The notes below the pieces were generated by a model. It was given only the letters and a program-made list of their open reading frames with translations. It searched no databases and was not told the origin of the DNA. Below, piece after piece: positions 9,687 to 20,408 of a DNA stretch of 64,000 bases. The stretch comes from Promethearchaeota archaeon (GTDB lineage Archaea > Asgardarchaeota > Lokiarchaeia > Sigyniarchaeales > SOKP01): positions 64,001-128,000 of the forward strand of contig JAEOSU010000070.1 in the NCBI GenBank assembly GCA_016840165.1, read 5' to 3'. The first letter of the stretch is position 1. Each line of letters opens with the position of its first letter. A program made the position numbers and the translations under genes.

Positions 9687-11963
9687 TTGCACATTAGACG
9701 CTTTAAACTTACTAAAATTAGAATAAAGGATTTCACACCGATTATTTTAGTAATGCTATTGCTTTTTGTATCAATAGCATGTGCAAATATGCTTATTCCC
9801 AGTTATGCTTCAGTCCAGTTGGAATTTCTTGTCCCAGAAGCATTATTAGCGATCCCAGATGCTTTTTTTGTATTAGTTAGTGCGTTTTTTGCATTAATCT
9901 GGGGCTATTACACGGATCGTGTTGATAGATCCAAATTAATTATGGCTGGAGCATTTTCATGGACGATTGGGATGCTACTAACCGCTTTTTCTATAAATTA
10001 TGAAATGCTCATCATTTCAAGGATGCTTTCAGGGGCAGGACTTGGTTGTGTCTTACCAGTTGGATATTCAATTATCTCCGATTCTATTCCTCCTGATGAA
10101 CGATCAGGATGGTTTGGTACGCTAGCGATCCTTAGTTCTGTTTCAAATGGTATCGGACAAGCGTTATCATCCTTTTTAGGACCAATATTGACTTGGCGCT
10201 TCCCCTTTTTTTTACTTTCAGTAATAAGTATTGTAATTGTTTTTATCCTATTTTTTGTTAAAATACCACAGCGAGGTGCGAGAGAAGAGGAATTGATAGA
10301 ATTAGCCCAAATGGATTTAGAATATCAATACACGATTTCAAAAAAAGATTTATCAAGTATCGTTAAAAAAAAAACTAATAGGTACTTAATAATTCAAAGC
10401 TTCTTTTCGATTATTCCTGGTACTATTACTATATTTTTTCTTACTTCAATGCTAAATATTTATTACTTTAATGAATTGCCAATAGAAATACGATTACAAA
10501 CAGCAACGATCTTCGCAGGTTTATTAGGAGTCGGCTATATATTGGGAAATTCAATTCTCTCCTATCTCGGAGATATTTTATACAGAAAAAATAAAAAAAA
10601 TCGCACAAGATTAGCCGCAATATGCTTAATACTCTCTGTACCTTTTTATGTTATAACTCTATTATTAATCAGTCCTATACAAATAGCCAATTTAGATATT
10701 TCCTATCCCACAGGACCAATAGAAACCTCGGAAATAGCTAGATATATGTTTCTAACGATTGGAGAAATTTTTTCTAAATATCCAAATTATATTTACTATT
10801 TAATTTTTGGTTTGATTGGTACAATCTTTAGTGCAGGACCTGTAGCAAATAGAAATGCAGTGATGATCGATATAAATTTACCAGAGCATAGAGGCACCTC
10901 TGTCTCATTTTTGAACTTATCAGAGCAGGTAGGTAAAGGATTAACCCTCTTAATCTCCTATTTTTTAATTACTTTTCTAGGAAGTATTTTTCAGATGATG
11001 CTCTTTTCTACTTTATTCTGGATTCCAGCAATCGTTATGTGGATCCTCGCTACACGAACAGTTGGAAAAGATTTAAATGTTAAATCCATGATTTTATCTG
11101 AAAGAAAGCAAATTAGTTTATTAGATTACATTTTCGAATTAGAAATCCAAATGGACAGAGGAATTCAAAAAATACACGATGCACGATATTATATTTTTTC
11201 TGACTCTAAGAAATTTGATGCTTTATTATCGGATGCAATCAAAATTTTCAATTACTGCGAAAGAGAAGGAGAAAATCGAAGTATTACGAACATTGGAGAA
11301 AAATGTCGAAAATTGAATGTAAGAGCTAAATCCATTAAACAGATGGCGAATCAGATATTTAAAATATTGAAAAATGAGGACTTATCGGCAAAGGAAAGAG
11401 ACATTTTAAGTGAGGATTTGCGACAAATTGATTTAATGATTGCGGAAGGGAAAAAAAGTACTTTTGGAGAGCTTCAAATCTATTATGAAGATGCTTATCT
11501 AAAGATTATTGAAGCACGGCTCCTACGGAAAAATGATTTATTAAAATGTATGTCAAAAATTATTGATGCAATTAAAATTTATGAGAGAGTTAAAAATCTT
11601 TTAAATGAGAGGTTAGAAGTAATAAATGATACTTCTGACTTACCTCAAGAAGATTTAGTGGCATATGAAAAAGAGAAAAAGCTATATCATAAGGCTTCAG
11701 AATCATTGAAGGCAACAATCAAATTAAAAGAAGAATTTAAGGGAATTTTTAAAAAACTTGAAGAAAAAGGCATTATGAAAGCAGATTTAATGAAAATCTC
11801 AGAATTAACCAATGAATATGATGTAAATCTGTCAGATATCATATTAGAAACATTTGGACAGGATAAAGAAACAAAAAACGCGATTCTTAAAATAATAAAA
11901 GAGATAGATATCGTTTTTAATAAATATGATGATTGGAAAGAAGTAGAGTTAAATGTTTTTTAA
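9687..11963 (+). CDS. MFS transporter (Spinster-like) fused to a ~290-aa C-terminal helical soluble domain
   Basis: WGYYTDRVDRSK motif A, SRMLSGAG, ISD..P..ER, WRFPF; about 12 TM followed by a charged helical tail. Confidence 0.8.
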   Translation: MHIRRFKLTKIRIKDFTPIILVMLLLFVSIACANMLIPSYASVQLEFLVPEALLAIPDAFFVLVSAFFALIWGYYTDRVDRSKLIMAGAFSWTIGMLLTAFSINYEMLIISRMLSGAGLGCVLPVGYSIISDSIPPDERSGWFGTLAILSSVSNGIGQALSSFLGPILTWRFPFFLLSVISIVIVFILFFVKIPQRGAREEELIELAQMDLEYQYTISKKDLSSIVKKKTNRYLIIQSFFSIIPGTITIFFLTSMLNIYYFNELPIEIRLQTATIFAGLLGVGYILGNSILSYLGDILYRKNKKNRTRLAAICLILSVPFYVITLLLISPIQIANLDISYPTGPIETSEIARYMFLTIGEIFSKYPNYIYYLIFGLIGTIFSAGPVANRNAVMIDINLPEHRGTSVSFLNLSEQVGKGLTLLISYFLITFLGSIFQMMLFSTLFWIPAIVMWILATRTVGKDLNVKSMILSERKQISLLDYIFELEIQMDRGIQKIHDARYYIFSDSKKFDALLSDAIKIFNYCEREGENRSITNIGEKCRKLNVRAKSIKQMANQIFKILKNEDLSAKERDILSEDLRQIDLMIAEGKKSTFGELQIYYEDAYLKIIEARLLRKNDLLKCMSKIIDAIKIYERVKNLLNERLEVINDTSDLPQEDLVAYEKEKKLYHKASESLKATIKLKEEFKGIFKKLEEKGIMKADLMKISELTNEYDVNLSDIILETFGQDKETKNAILKIIKEIDIVFNKYDDWKEVELNVF

Positions 11964-11970
11964 TTACATA

Positions 11971-12267
11971 TTAATTGTTCATTAATTCAGAGGACAAAAT
12001 CTGTTTGAAAGTATGTTTTTCTCCTTGAGATAATTCTTCTACAGCTTTCCCTTTATTATTATAGTGATCTGCATTATCATGATTGTCAAATAAGTTAATC
12101 AATACGATGAGACAATTACGTAATTCTAAACTATTACTATTTCCGTTAAATTTTGACATTATCTTTATTAATAGATTGCTCAACCATAATCTGTTTAAAT
12201 CTGACTGAACTAGACCTTCTTTTTCTTTTTTCTCATAGAATTCTAAAACTCTGGCTAAACAATCCAT
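11971..12267 (-). CDS. Hypothetical protein
   Basis: Open frame; ATG at 12267 (MDCLARV) preferred over the GTG at 12327. Confidence 0.55.
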   Translation of the reverse strand: MDCLARVLEFYEKKEKEGLVQSDLNRLWLSNLLIKIMSKFNGNSNSLELRNCLIVLINLFDNHDNADHYNNKGKAVEELSQGEKHTFKQILSSELMNN

Positions 12268-12520
12268 TATCTTCTTACCTAAAATCCAATTTAAAATCCA
12301 ACAGTTAAATAAACTGTAAGATCCCACACATCAACCGAAATATATATTCTTCAGTAATACAGATGATAGTTTACCTTTAAAAATATTTTTGGTTGAAATT
12401 CACGAGATTTTAATGAAATGTACAAATCTTTGGAAATTAATTAGAATAGATCAGATTATAGAAAATATTACTTCTTATTTTGAAACGTTAGAGAGTAAAT
12501 TGTAACAAATATAAGTAGAT

Positions 12521-13075
12521 TTATAATTCAACTTCAATACTTTCAACAAAATTGTCAATAGATTGCTCCAAATCAATCAAATCTTCGACTTCTCTTATAT
12601 CTGAGCTAGCGAGCTTTTTTAAAAACTCCTTTAATAGTTTTTCTTTATGCTTGTCATGTGGAAAGATGAGACTACTTTTATAGTGCTCCCAATCAAGGAT
12701 AGAAGTAAAGACTAAAAATAATTTTTCAATATGGCTATAATCAATCAAACTGTGCAGTTTTTCTCTTGTGATAAGGGTCTGAGTCTGATCCTTATAAAAT
12801 CCAGATAAATCATTATAATAATTTGTGAGACGAGCAATATTATCTAATTGAGCTCTTAAAGCTGCCTGATTAATAGGACTTTCTTCATCTTTATACATAA
12901 TTTCAAAATATTGATTAATGAAATCTTTTAGCTTTTGGAGCTTCTGTTGGAACACGCGCGTCTTTACGATGCGCTCAAACATAGGCGAAGCTTTATCTTT
13001 GTAAAACCTTAATTCGAACTTAACGATAGCGAGAATGTCCAAGAAGAGTTCGCGTATATCTATGTTCTGGTCCAT
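12521..13075 (-). CDS. Hypothetical helical protein
   Basis: 184-aa ORF with GGTGA SD 4 nt upstream of ATG. Confidence 0.65.
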   Translation of the reverse strand: MDQNIDIRELFLDILAIVKFELRFYKDKASPMFERIVKTRVFQQKLQKLKDFINQYFEIMYKDEESPINQAALRAQLDNIARLTNYYNDLSGFYKDQTQTLITREKLHSLIDYSHIEKLFLVFTSILDWEHYKSSLIFPHDKHKEKLLKEFLKKLASSDIREVEDLIDLEQSIDNFVESIEVEL

Positions 13076-13255
13076 TTAATCACCATTTCGGTTAATCTCC
13101 TTAAAGTTTAGAATAATTCAACCCATATTTTCGGGGTTCACAAAAATAATTGCAATTGCAATTACAATTTAAAAAGAATTTTACAATATTTATATTTTTA
13201 TGTGTTTCTAGAGCACAAGAGATTATTTATTTAACAGATTTTTAAAACTTAATCA

Positions 13256-14233
13256 TTAAAATTGTAGAGGAAATGAATGACTTGGATCAGTTTGATATCG
13301 TGGTTTTGATGGAATTTGAATTTTTTTCACTGCCTTTCGGAATTTAATTGCTTTGATATGTATTTTGAGTATTCTAATTGGACAACGTAAAATAAATCTT
13401 AAATTATTATAGGGTTCTTTTCTTAGTTTTAAGAAATCCTGATAAAATAAGTGTGCTTTTTGCTGTAATGAATATTTTTCAAAAGAAATAAATCGTTCAA
13501 TAATTTTATCTAAATTCTCAGTGTCGCGGAAACAGTAATAATTTGATGATCTTAAAGACCATTTAATAGCCTCTAATTGAAATTTAATTGACTTTAACTT
13601 TTTAAACGGAAATAATAATAATGAGAAAAAAGATATAAAAAGGTTCATTACCATGCTTTTAAACATTTCAAAAACAGAAACTCTAATCTTCTTTCTAATC
13701 AAATTTCTCAAATCACTACCATATAAAACAGTACTATTAATAATAACATTACTGAGAACAATATTTCGGGGAGCAAATATTGCAGAAAACACTTTATTTA
13801 CTTGAAAGATTTTATGAAATGTAGCATTCTTCCAATACTTCTCTTTGGTTAAAAAATGGCTAATAAACATCCCAGTGGCATGTTGGATCGAGGAAATCAA
13901 ATTCCTTATTACATTTTTATTTCCAGACTCAAAATTATGCTTAATTTCAAGTGCTATAAAATATTTTTCAATTTCACGAATATGATGTGAAGAGACCCTA
14001 TCCTTAAAGATAAATAAAAGATCGCAATCTGAAATAGAAGTATTTTCTCCTTTTGCTTTGTTTTGTTGGCTCCCAAATAATAAAATAGAAATGATTTTAT
14101 TGACACCTATTTCTCTATTTACAAGAATAACAATATCTTTAACGTAATTTCTTGTTTTCTCATTAACCGCTTTTAGTTTATGAGAAATTTTCTCTTTTAC
14201 ATCTTGCGAATCTGTTTTTTGCAATTTAATCAA
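13256..14233 (-). CDS. Pol-beta-superfamily nucleotidyltransferase domain protein
   Basis: ILLFGS...SDCDLL signature (hG[GS]-x-DxD). Confidence 0.7.
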   Translation of the reverse strand: MIKLQKTDSQDVKEKISHKLKAVNEKTRNYVKDIVILVNREIGVNKIISILLFGSQQNKAKGENTSISDCDLLFIFKDRVSSHHIREIEKYFIALEIKHNFESGNKNVIRNLISSIQHATGMFISHFLTKEKYWKNATFHKIFQVNKVFSAIFAPRNIVLSNVIINSTVLYGSDLRNLIRKKIRVSVFEMFKSMVMNLFISFFSLLLFPFKKLKSIKFQLEAIKWSLRSSNYYCFRDTENLDKIIERFISFEKYSLQQKAHLFYQDFLKLRKEPYNNLRFILRCPIRILKIHIKAIKFRKAVKKIQIPSKPRYQTDPSHSFPLQF

Positions 14234-14298
14234 TAAATTACATTTTCCATATTTTAATATTTTGATAAAAAAAATGAAAAATTTAGAATTTGTATATA

Positions 14299-16311
14299 TT
14301 ATTCATTATTGCCAATTTTATATCCTCTACTTACTGCTTCCATAACGGTTTCTGGTTTTCGGGCATCTCCAATTTTTTCAATTTTGATATTCCCTAAATC
14401 TTTTATTTGATTAGCGAGTTCTTCATTTGGAATTACCCCTGTTGCATAGTATACATAATCTACTTCATTGATAATCTGATCACGTCCGTTTGCATCAGTG
14501 TAATTAACGTAGTCAATACCAATCTCAGTCACATCAACATTTTTAAGTAAATTTATTCCTAAAGCGTCACACTTATCTAATAAGACCCATTTAGTAGTCT
14601 TTCCCAACGCTGAACCCAATTTTGGCAACTTTTCTAAAACGGTTACCTTATTTCTCCCCTCATGAAGCATTCTTAAGGCTACATCCGGTTCTAACGCCTT
14701 ATAAAAAGTTAGAAAATCAAATGCTTCGCGACTTAATGTACCAAATTTTGAGATATAGATAGCTAGCTCTATTCCTGTTGCTCCACCACCAATTATGACA
14801 TTATTTTTTCCAATAGGAGCATCACCGCTAAATACATCATTTGCCCAGAATACATTATTATTTTCAATACCTTTAATTGGGGGTTTGATTGGTATAGACC
14901 CTGCTGCGTAAAAAATTGTATCTGGATTAAATTCCTTAACTGTTTCAATGGTTACATTTGACTGCAAATGAGTATGGATTCCATATTTTTGTATCCAGTA
15001 TGTGTAATTCTCAATCATTCTTTTAAATTCATTTCTACCTGGAGGGACCCATATAATATTTAAAAGACCACCAATTTTATCATCTTTTTCAAAAATATGG
15101 ACTTCATGACCACGTATAGCAGCAATTCTTGCAGCTTCTAATCCTCCTGGCCCAGAACCTATTATCATTATCTTTTTCTTTTGTTTTAGGGGTTTTAACT
15201 CGGTTCTTGCCTCATTTCCCGCTCTGGCATTCCTTAAGCATGTTACTGGCATCATTCTAAATACATTGTCAAAACATCCTTGATTACAACCCACACAGTT
15301 CATAATATCTCTGAGTTCTCCCTTTTTTGCTTTCATAGGTAAGAATGGATCTGCGATCAATGCACGTCCCATACATATAGCATCAGCTTTTCCCGCCATC
15401 AAAACCTGCTCTGCTAACTCGGGATTATTAATCCTATTAGACGAGAAAATGGGAATCTTCACGTGTTTTTTGATGTTTTCTGCTAAATAAGTATAACATC
15501 CTTCTGGAACATCCATAGTTAGTTGAGGCGTTTTAGTTTCATGCCATCCTCCAGTAACATTGAAATAATCGAGATTTTTGCTTAATTCCTCTGCTATAAT
15601 TGCTTTTTCTTTATATGTATTGCTTCCTGGTACAAAATCATCACCAGAAATTCTATATCCGAGTATAAAATCATCGATATTAGTTCTAATTTGTTCAATA
15701 GTTTCAAGGGGGAACCTTAAACGATTTTCAAGTTCTCCACCATATTTATCCGTACGTTTATTGGTTTTTGGAGAAATAAATTGATCCAATAGATATCCCG
15801 CATTTGCGCAAATCTCAACTGCATCAAATCCTGCTTTTTTAGCCCGTACCGCAGCATCAGCAAATGCTTGTTGTTCTCTTTTAATATCTTCAAGGTTCAT
15901 TTCTCGAGGAGTAGTTTTACTAAACTTGCTATATACTGCTGAGGGTGCAATTGGAGTTGTTCCAATTATTTGGGGAAATGCATAGGCACCACCATGATAT
16001 AATTGGCAGCAGATTTTTACATCATCTCGAGCAGCATGAACTTCATTCGTAAATTCAGTAAGTTTTGGTAAATATTTATCGTCATCGACTGCAATCATGG
16101 AAGGTAAACCTTTTCCATATATATCAACATAGCATCCTCCAATAATCAAGAGTCCTGCTCCCCCCTTTGCTCTCTCAACATAAAAATCTATTAATTTCTT
16201 GTCGATAAAACCATTCTTTGCTAAGTTAAGGTGCATCGCGGGCATTACTATACGATTAGATGACTCTAAATGTTTTAATTTCAACGGTTTGAAAAGTTTA
16301 TAAAATTTCAT
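14299..16311 (-). CDS. fadH: 2,4-dienoyl-CoA reductase FadH-like (old yellow enzyme + FeS + FAD domains)
   Basis: NRIVMPAMH, GYLLDQF, RTDKYGG..ENR, CVGCNQGC..C FeS motif, GSGPGG and GGGATG Rossmann motifs. Confidence 0.85.
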   Translation of the reverse strand: MKFYKLFKPLKLKHLESSNRIVMPAMHLNLAKNGFIDKKLIDFYVERAKGGAGLLIIGGCYVDIYGKGLPSMIAVDDDKYLPKLTEFTNEVHAARDDVKICCQLYHGGAYAFPQIIGTTPIAPSAVYSKFSKTTPREMNLEDIKREQQAFADAAVRAKKAGFDAVEICANAGYLLDQFISPKTNKRTDKYGGELENRLRFPLETIEQIRTNIDDFILGYRISGDDFVPGSNTYKEKAIIAEELSKNLDYFNVTGGWHETKTPQLTMDVPEGCYTYLAENIKKHVKIPIFSSNRINNPELAEQVLMAGKADAICMGRALIADPFLPMKAKKGELRDIMNCVGCNQGCFDNVFRMMPVTCLRNARAGNEARTELKPLKQKKKIMIIGSGPGGLEAARIAAIRGHEVHIFEKDDKIGGLLNIIWVPPGRNEFKRMIENYTYWIQKYGIHTHLQSNVTIETVKEFNPDTIFYAAGSIPIKPPIKGIENNNVFWANDVFSGDAPIGKNNVIIGGGATGIELAIYISKFGTLSREAFDFLTFYKALEPDVALRMLHEGRNKVTVLEKLPKLGSALGKTTKWVLLDKCDALGINLLKNVDVTEIGIDYVNYTDANGRDQIINEVDYVYYATGVIPNEELANQIKDLGNIKIEKIGDARKPETVMEAVSRGYKIGNNE

Positions 16312-16422
16312 TATACAACTATCCCATTTTGTTAATATTGTAAAATATAATTAGGTAATAAAATTGATAGCAATATAAAATTTTAACTTTTAAAGAAATT
16401 AGTCAGATATGTCACACAAATA

Positions 16423-17214
16423 TTATCGAAAGTATGAATCAGGACCGCGATCTTCTTGTAGATTTTTCATTAAATGATCAGTTTGTTTTTTATAGGAGTT
16501 GATAATTTTTTCCATTTCTTCAATCTGTTTATTTAATTCATCGAAGTTCATTTTAATGTTAAAATAATTTTTTAATATAGTGACCAAAGCTTTCGAAGCC
16601 CTTGGATCTAATGCCATCATGGGAAGAGGGAGCGTTTCAGCTAATAGGCAAATGCCAGGAGCATGTCCTTTCTGTCCTGCCCATGCAGGTAGGATTCCAT
16701 TTGCTCCAGCAATAACTCCATTTTCCATTAATTTCGTATTTTTAAATTGTAAAAAGGATCTTACAAGTTCGGGATCTGTTCCACAAATATGTACCTTAGG
16801 TGTTGAATCTACTCGTTCAGAGATCATGGCTCCAGTACTTATATACATCTTTATTTTACCCCCTGTTATTTTATCCATCGCTTCACAAAATTTTTGAGAG
16901 AATTCAAAAACACCTTCAGAAGATTGGGGTTGATAATTTGCTGTCAATATAAAAAAATCATTATTATTTTTATCACTCTTTTTAACATAATATACATCTG
17001 CGGTTGGAACCTTCAACTCGCCTTTTTCTACATTTGATTTTGGAGGAAAATCAAAATATTCAATGGTCATATATTCTTTAGCATCTAATGAATCTCTTAT
17101 TGACGTTGTTGCTAATTTAGCTACTAAAGCAATACCAGGCCACCCGATTAATACAATAGGATCGTTTATATCTTCCGGTTTTATTTCAAAATTGCAATTT
17201 ATATTAAAATACAT
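16423..17214 (-). CDS. PAC2-family proteasome assembly chaperone
   Basis: IGWPGIALVAKLA, I.GANG.L, CLLAET..DPRAS motifs. Confidence 0.85.
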   Translation of the reverse strand: MYFNINCNFEIKPEDINDPIVLIGWPGIALVAKLATTSIRDSLDAKEYMTIEYFDFPPKSNVEKGELKVPTADVYYVKKSDKNNNDFFILTANYQPQSSEGVFEFSQKFCEAMDKITGGKIKMYISTGAMISERVDSTPKVHICGTDPELVRSFLQFKNTKLMENGVIAGANGILPAWAGQKGHAPGICLLAETLPLPMMALDPRASKALVTILKNYFNIKMNFDELNKQIEEMEKIINSYKKQTDHLMKNLQEDRGPDSYFR

Positions 17215-17234
17215 AAAATACCCTTAAAGATTAT

Positions 17235-18245
17235 TCATGATTCAAAATCCAACGATTCACCACAGTTTGCACAAAATTTCAATTTAGCTGGCATATGAAA
17301 TCCGCAAAAAGGACAATAGAAACCTTCTTCATCTTGTGAAGCTTGAGCATAGCGTTGCTGCATAACATAGCTTCCTTTTTGAAAACTATATCCTAATTGT
17401 TTTCTTGCTTTTATTGATGTATAGAATGAAGTCAATATACATATAAATAATGGTGAGAAAATCAAGCTTATCATTTGATAATAGATTAAATCATCTAATA
17501 TTATCATGAGGTAATTTCTTGTGCTTGGATTGTACCAAGAAACGTAAGTTGTTGAATTAAAATTCCATACAAAAGTAATAAGATATTGGTAAATGAAATT
17601 AATGAAACCTATCATGATAGAAACCAATAGGAAGAGCCCAATTATTTTCATGAAATTTCCACGAGATAAGTTGCGGGCTTCTTTTAAGGGTGATTCAATA
17701 GATTTTTCACGATAAGTAAAAAAGAGAAATATATAAAAACCTAATAGTATAATGCTTGGAATGAAAAGAAGTAAAGTTCCTAAAGGTACAAAAATACCAA
17801 AAATTAGGAGGATAATCAGTAAATTTTTATTAAAACTACCTTTAAATTCCTCCTTAAAATTGCCATTAGTCTGGGTATATTCTCTATAAAGAGGTACTCC
17901 CACTGTACTCATTGCTAATGCCGTAAAAAACGCTCCAGAGATGCTCGTTATTAAACTTATAAGATATGTTATCACTAAATATTCAAGTAATATATTCATA
18001 TCTGCGTCGGTAATAAGTGTTGGATCCTTTTGATAAATTGCCTCGACAGTTGGAGTCATTTGATAATATTGCCAATTTAAATCAATAACTAATAAATTTG
18101 TAATTATAATTGAAATTAGCGTAAAGAGCAAGAAAGGAAGGATTATTTTAAACCAATTTTTAGCAAAAAGTCTGAGTCCGTCCAATATGACTTGGCTGAC
18201 CCTCATGTTTGCATATCTTTGTAGTTTTTGATTATCTTCCGACAT
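17235..18245 (-). CDS. Multi-pass membrane protein with C-terminal zinc ribbon
   Basis: About 6 hydrophobic segments; CPFC..CANC tail. Confidence 0.75.
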   Translation of the reverse strand: MSEDNQKLQRYANMRVSQVILDGLRLFAKNWFKIILPFLLFTLISIIITNLLVIDLNWQYYQMTPTVEAIYQKDPTLITDADMNILLEYLVITYLISLITSISGAFFTALAMSTVGVPLYREYTQTNGNFKEEFKGSFNKNLLIILLIFGIFVPLGTLLLFIPSIILLGFYIFLFFTYREKSIESPLKEARNLSRGNFMKIIGLFLLVSIMIGFINFIYQYLITFVWNFNSTTYVSWYNPSTRNYLMIILDDLIYYQMISLIFSPLFICILTSFYTSIKARKQLGYSFQKGSYVMQQRYAQASQDEEGFYCPFCGFHMPAKLKFCANCGESLDFES

Positions 18246-18378
18246 AATTCGTAATATTTTTGAAATTATTTATAATTTTTCAATAAAAAACATAATTAAA
18301 CAAATTCTTCATATCAATATATGAGGTTTTAATCGAAAAAGATAAATTTAGCAAAAAAATATTATATAATCAGTAGTA

Positions 18379-20295
18379 ATGTTTACACAAAAACCCCCTT
18401 CTCGCCAGATTCCCGGAATTCTCTCGTATATGGAATATTTTTCTTCCAAAAAGGCAGCATTTTCGATTTATTTTAGTATAATTGGGATCATCGGGTTTCT
18501 ATCCTTTATTTTTAATTCAATTTACAGTGATGTTTGGAATTTTATTTACCTACTTATAGTTATTGGTATGTTTCTCATAATTTCGGGTTCTGGTATGTTA
18601 ATTTCGATTTTTTATTATTCGAAACGTGCTCCAATACTTGCAGCTCCGCCTAAAGGATGGGCAGTTCAATTAAATGCATTTTTAACCGCAATAATAGGGA
18701 TTTCTTTGTTAATTGGACATGGTTTAGTGATATTCCTGAGAAATATAGCTTTCCAAGAAGTTTTCTTTATTTTGGGCACAATTGTTGCTTATATTATTGG
18801 TTTTGTAATCTATTATTCATTTACAACCGTAGGTAGTTATGGGAATCTAATTCTAGCATTAACCCAACCAGTAGTTGGGATTTTATTATATAGCATATTT
18901 ACAGCACAAATAAATTTCTTGTTCCTAATAAAAGCAATAATTTTCTTTTGCTCATGTGCTTTTATATTCGCTATCCCTTATGCCCATAGTATGTCTCGCG
19001 TAAGTAATATTTATCGCGAGGCGACAGGTATAGGAGGATATCCTTTTATTCGTGCCTTTATCTTGTCGATGATGACTGATGGAAATGACCAAATGATCGA
19101 AAGTTTTTTTGAACGAATAGGTATAGACGAGGAGATAAAAATTCAATACCTAGCAATTCGTAACAGTACCAGTAAGAAGATAAAGGGTTTATTAATAATT
19201 CCAAATATCCATTTTGGTCCATTCAAAACTTGTGGATCTTCGGATTTACCAGAACACATATATAAAAAATTCAGCAATATTACTGGGACAACTGTATACC
19301 ACACTACTAATGATCATACACAAAATTTAACTTCTCAAAAAGAAGTGGATAAAGTTCTCAATCAAATAATCAAGGATGTAGATAAAATTAAAAATAATGA
19401 TTCTCTTACGTGGACAAAACAGATTAGAAAGGTGACTAGGAAAATCTCAAATTCTGCAAAATTAATTGGAACTGTGGTTGATAATACAGCTATCATTTTC
19501 GTGACTCGACATCCTTTACCTTCCGATGATATTCAAGCAGCGATAGGGGAGAAAATTAGCCGAATCGCAACTGATTCTGGGTATGATGATATTGTTATTA
19601 TTGATTCACACAATTCGATCATTGGAGATGAAATTTTAATCAAACCAAAATCATATGAAGCACAGGATATAATCAGCGTTTCAGAAAAATTTTTGCGATC
19701 TATAAAAAAGGAAAGGAATAACGGACAGGAAGTAAATAAAGTTCAATATGGTGTGGCAAGAGATCCTTTAAATCAATATAATGAAAAAGATGGTATTGGA
19801 TATGGAGGATTAGTAGTTCACATGTTTAAGGATACCATTTCAAACCAAAAAACAGCATTTATCCATTTTGATGCAAATAATGCCTATGCAGATATTAGAT
19901 CATATATCCTTAATATGCTACAAAATAGAGGAATTGAAAGAGGTGAGGTCACTACCTCCGATTCGCATACCGTTGCAAGAAAGTTTACTCGAAGAGCTTA
20001 TTCCCCGATAGGAGAAAAAATTAAACTCCAAACCATTTTAGAGAAGTTAGATTCATTAATTTCCGAAGCAAACCAAGATCTAGAGGAAGTAGAATTTTGT
20101 TATTATAAATCTTTTATACCTCATACTAAAATTTGGGGAGATCCTAAATATTTTGATGTGATTATGAATACTCTTCAAGAATGCATTAGAATTTCACAAA
20201 GATTATTAACTCTTAGCTTAATATTGCCTACATTCTTTTCATTAATCTTACTTTTATTCTTCTATCAAATTACGGATATTTTTAATTTATTCTAA
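18379..20295 (+). CDS. DUF2070-family archaeal membrane protein
   Basis: N-terminal TMs; IHFGPF..GSS, H..HTQN, IDSHN, DANN, TSDSH motifs. Confidence 0.8.
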   Translation: MFTQKPPSRQIPGILSYMEYFSSKKAAFSIYFSIIGIIGFLSFIFNSIYSDVWNFIYLLIVIGMFLIISGSGMLISIFYYSKRAPILAAPPKGWAVQLNAFLTAIIGISLLIGHGLVIFLRNIAFQEVFFILGTIVAYIIGFVIYYSFTTVGSYGNLILALTQPVVGILLYSIFTAQINFLFLIKAIIFFCSCAFIFAIPYAHSMSRVSNIYREATGIGGYPFIRAFILSMMTDGNDQMIESFFERIGIDEEIKIQYLAIRNSTSKKIKGLLIIPNIHFGPFKTCGSSDLPEHIYKKFSNITGTTVYHTTNDHTQNLTSQKEVDKVLNQIIKDVDKIKNNDSLTWTKQIRKVTRKISNSAKLIGTVVDNTAIIFVTRHPLPSDDIQAAIGEKISRIATDSGYDDIVIIDSHNSIIGDEILIKPKSYEAQDIISVSEKFLRSIKKERNNGQEVNKVQYGVARDPLNQYNEKDGIGYGGLVVHMFKDTISNQKTAFIHFDANNAYADIRSYILNMLQNRGIERGEVTTSDSHTVARKFTRRAYSPIGEKIKLQTILEKLDSLISEANQDLEEVEFCYYKSFIPHTKIWGDPKYFDVIMNTLQECIRISQRLLTLSLILPTFFSLILLLFFYQITDIFNLF

Positions 20296-20408
20296 AAAGT
20301 ATGATATCCAATTAATAATAATACCATGATATTATGCGGATATCATGCAGATTCATATAAAGAATTAGCTCTTTTTGTGTTAATAAATTCTTTTCAATTG
20401 AATATTGT

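Noticed and set aside
16423-16440. HbYX proteasome-activating motif on PAC2
   Set aside because: C-terminus is SYFR; the penultimate residue is Phe, so not a canonical HbYX
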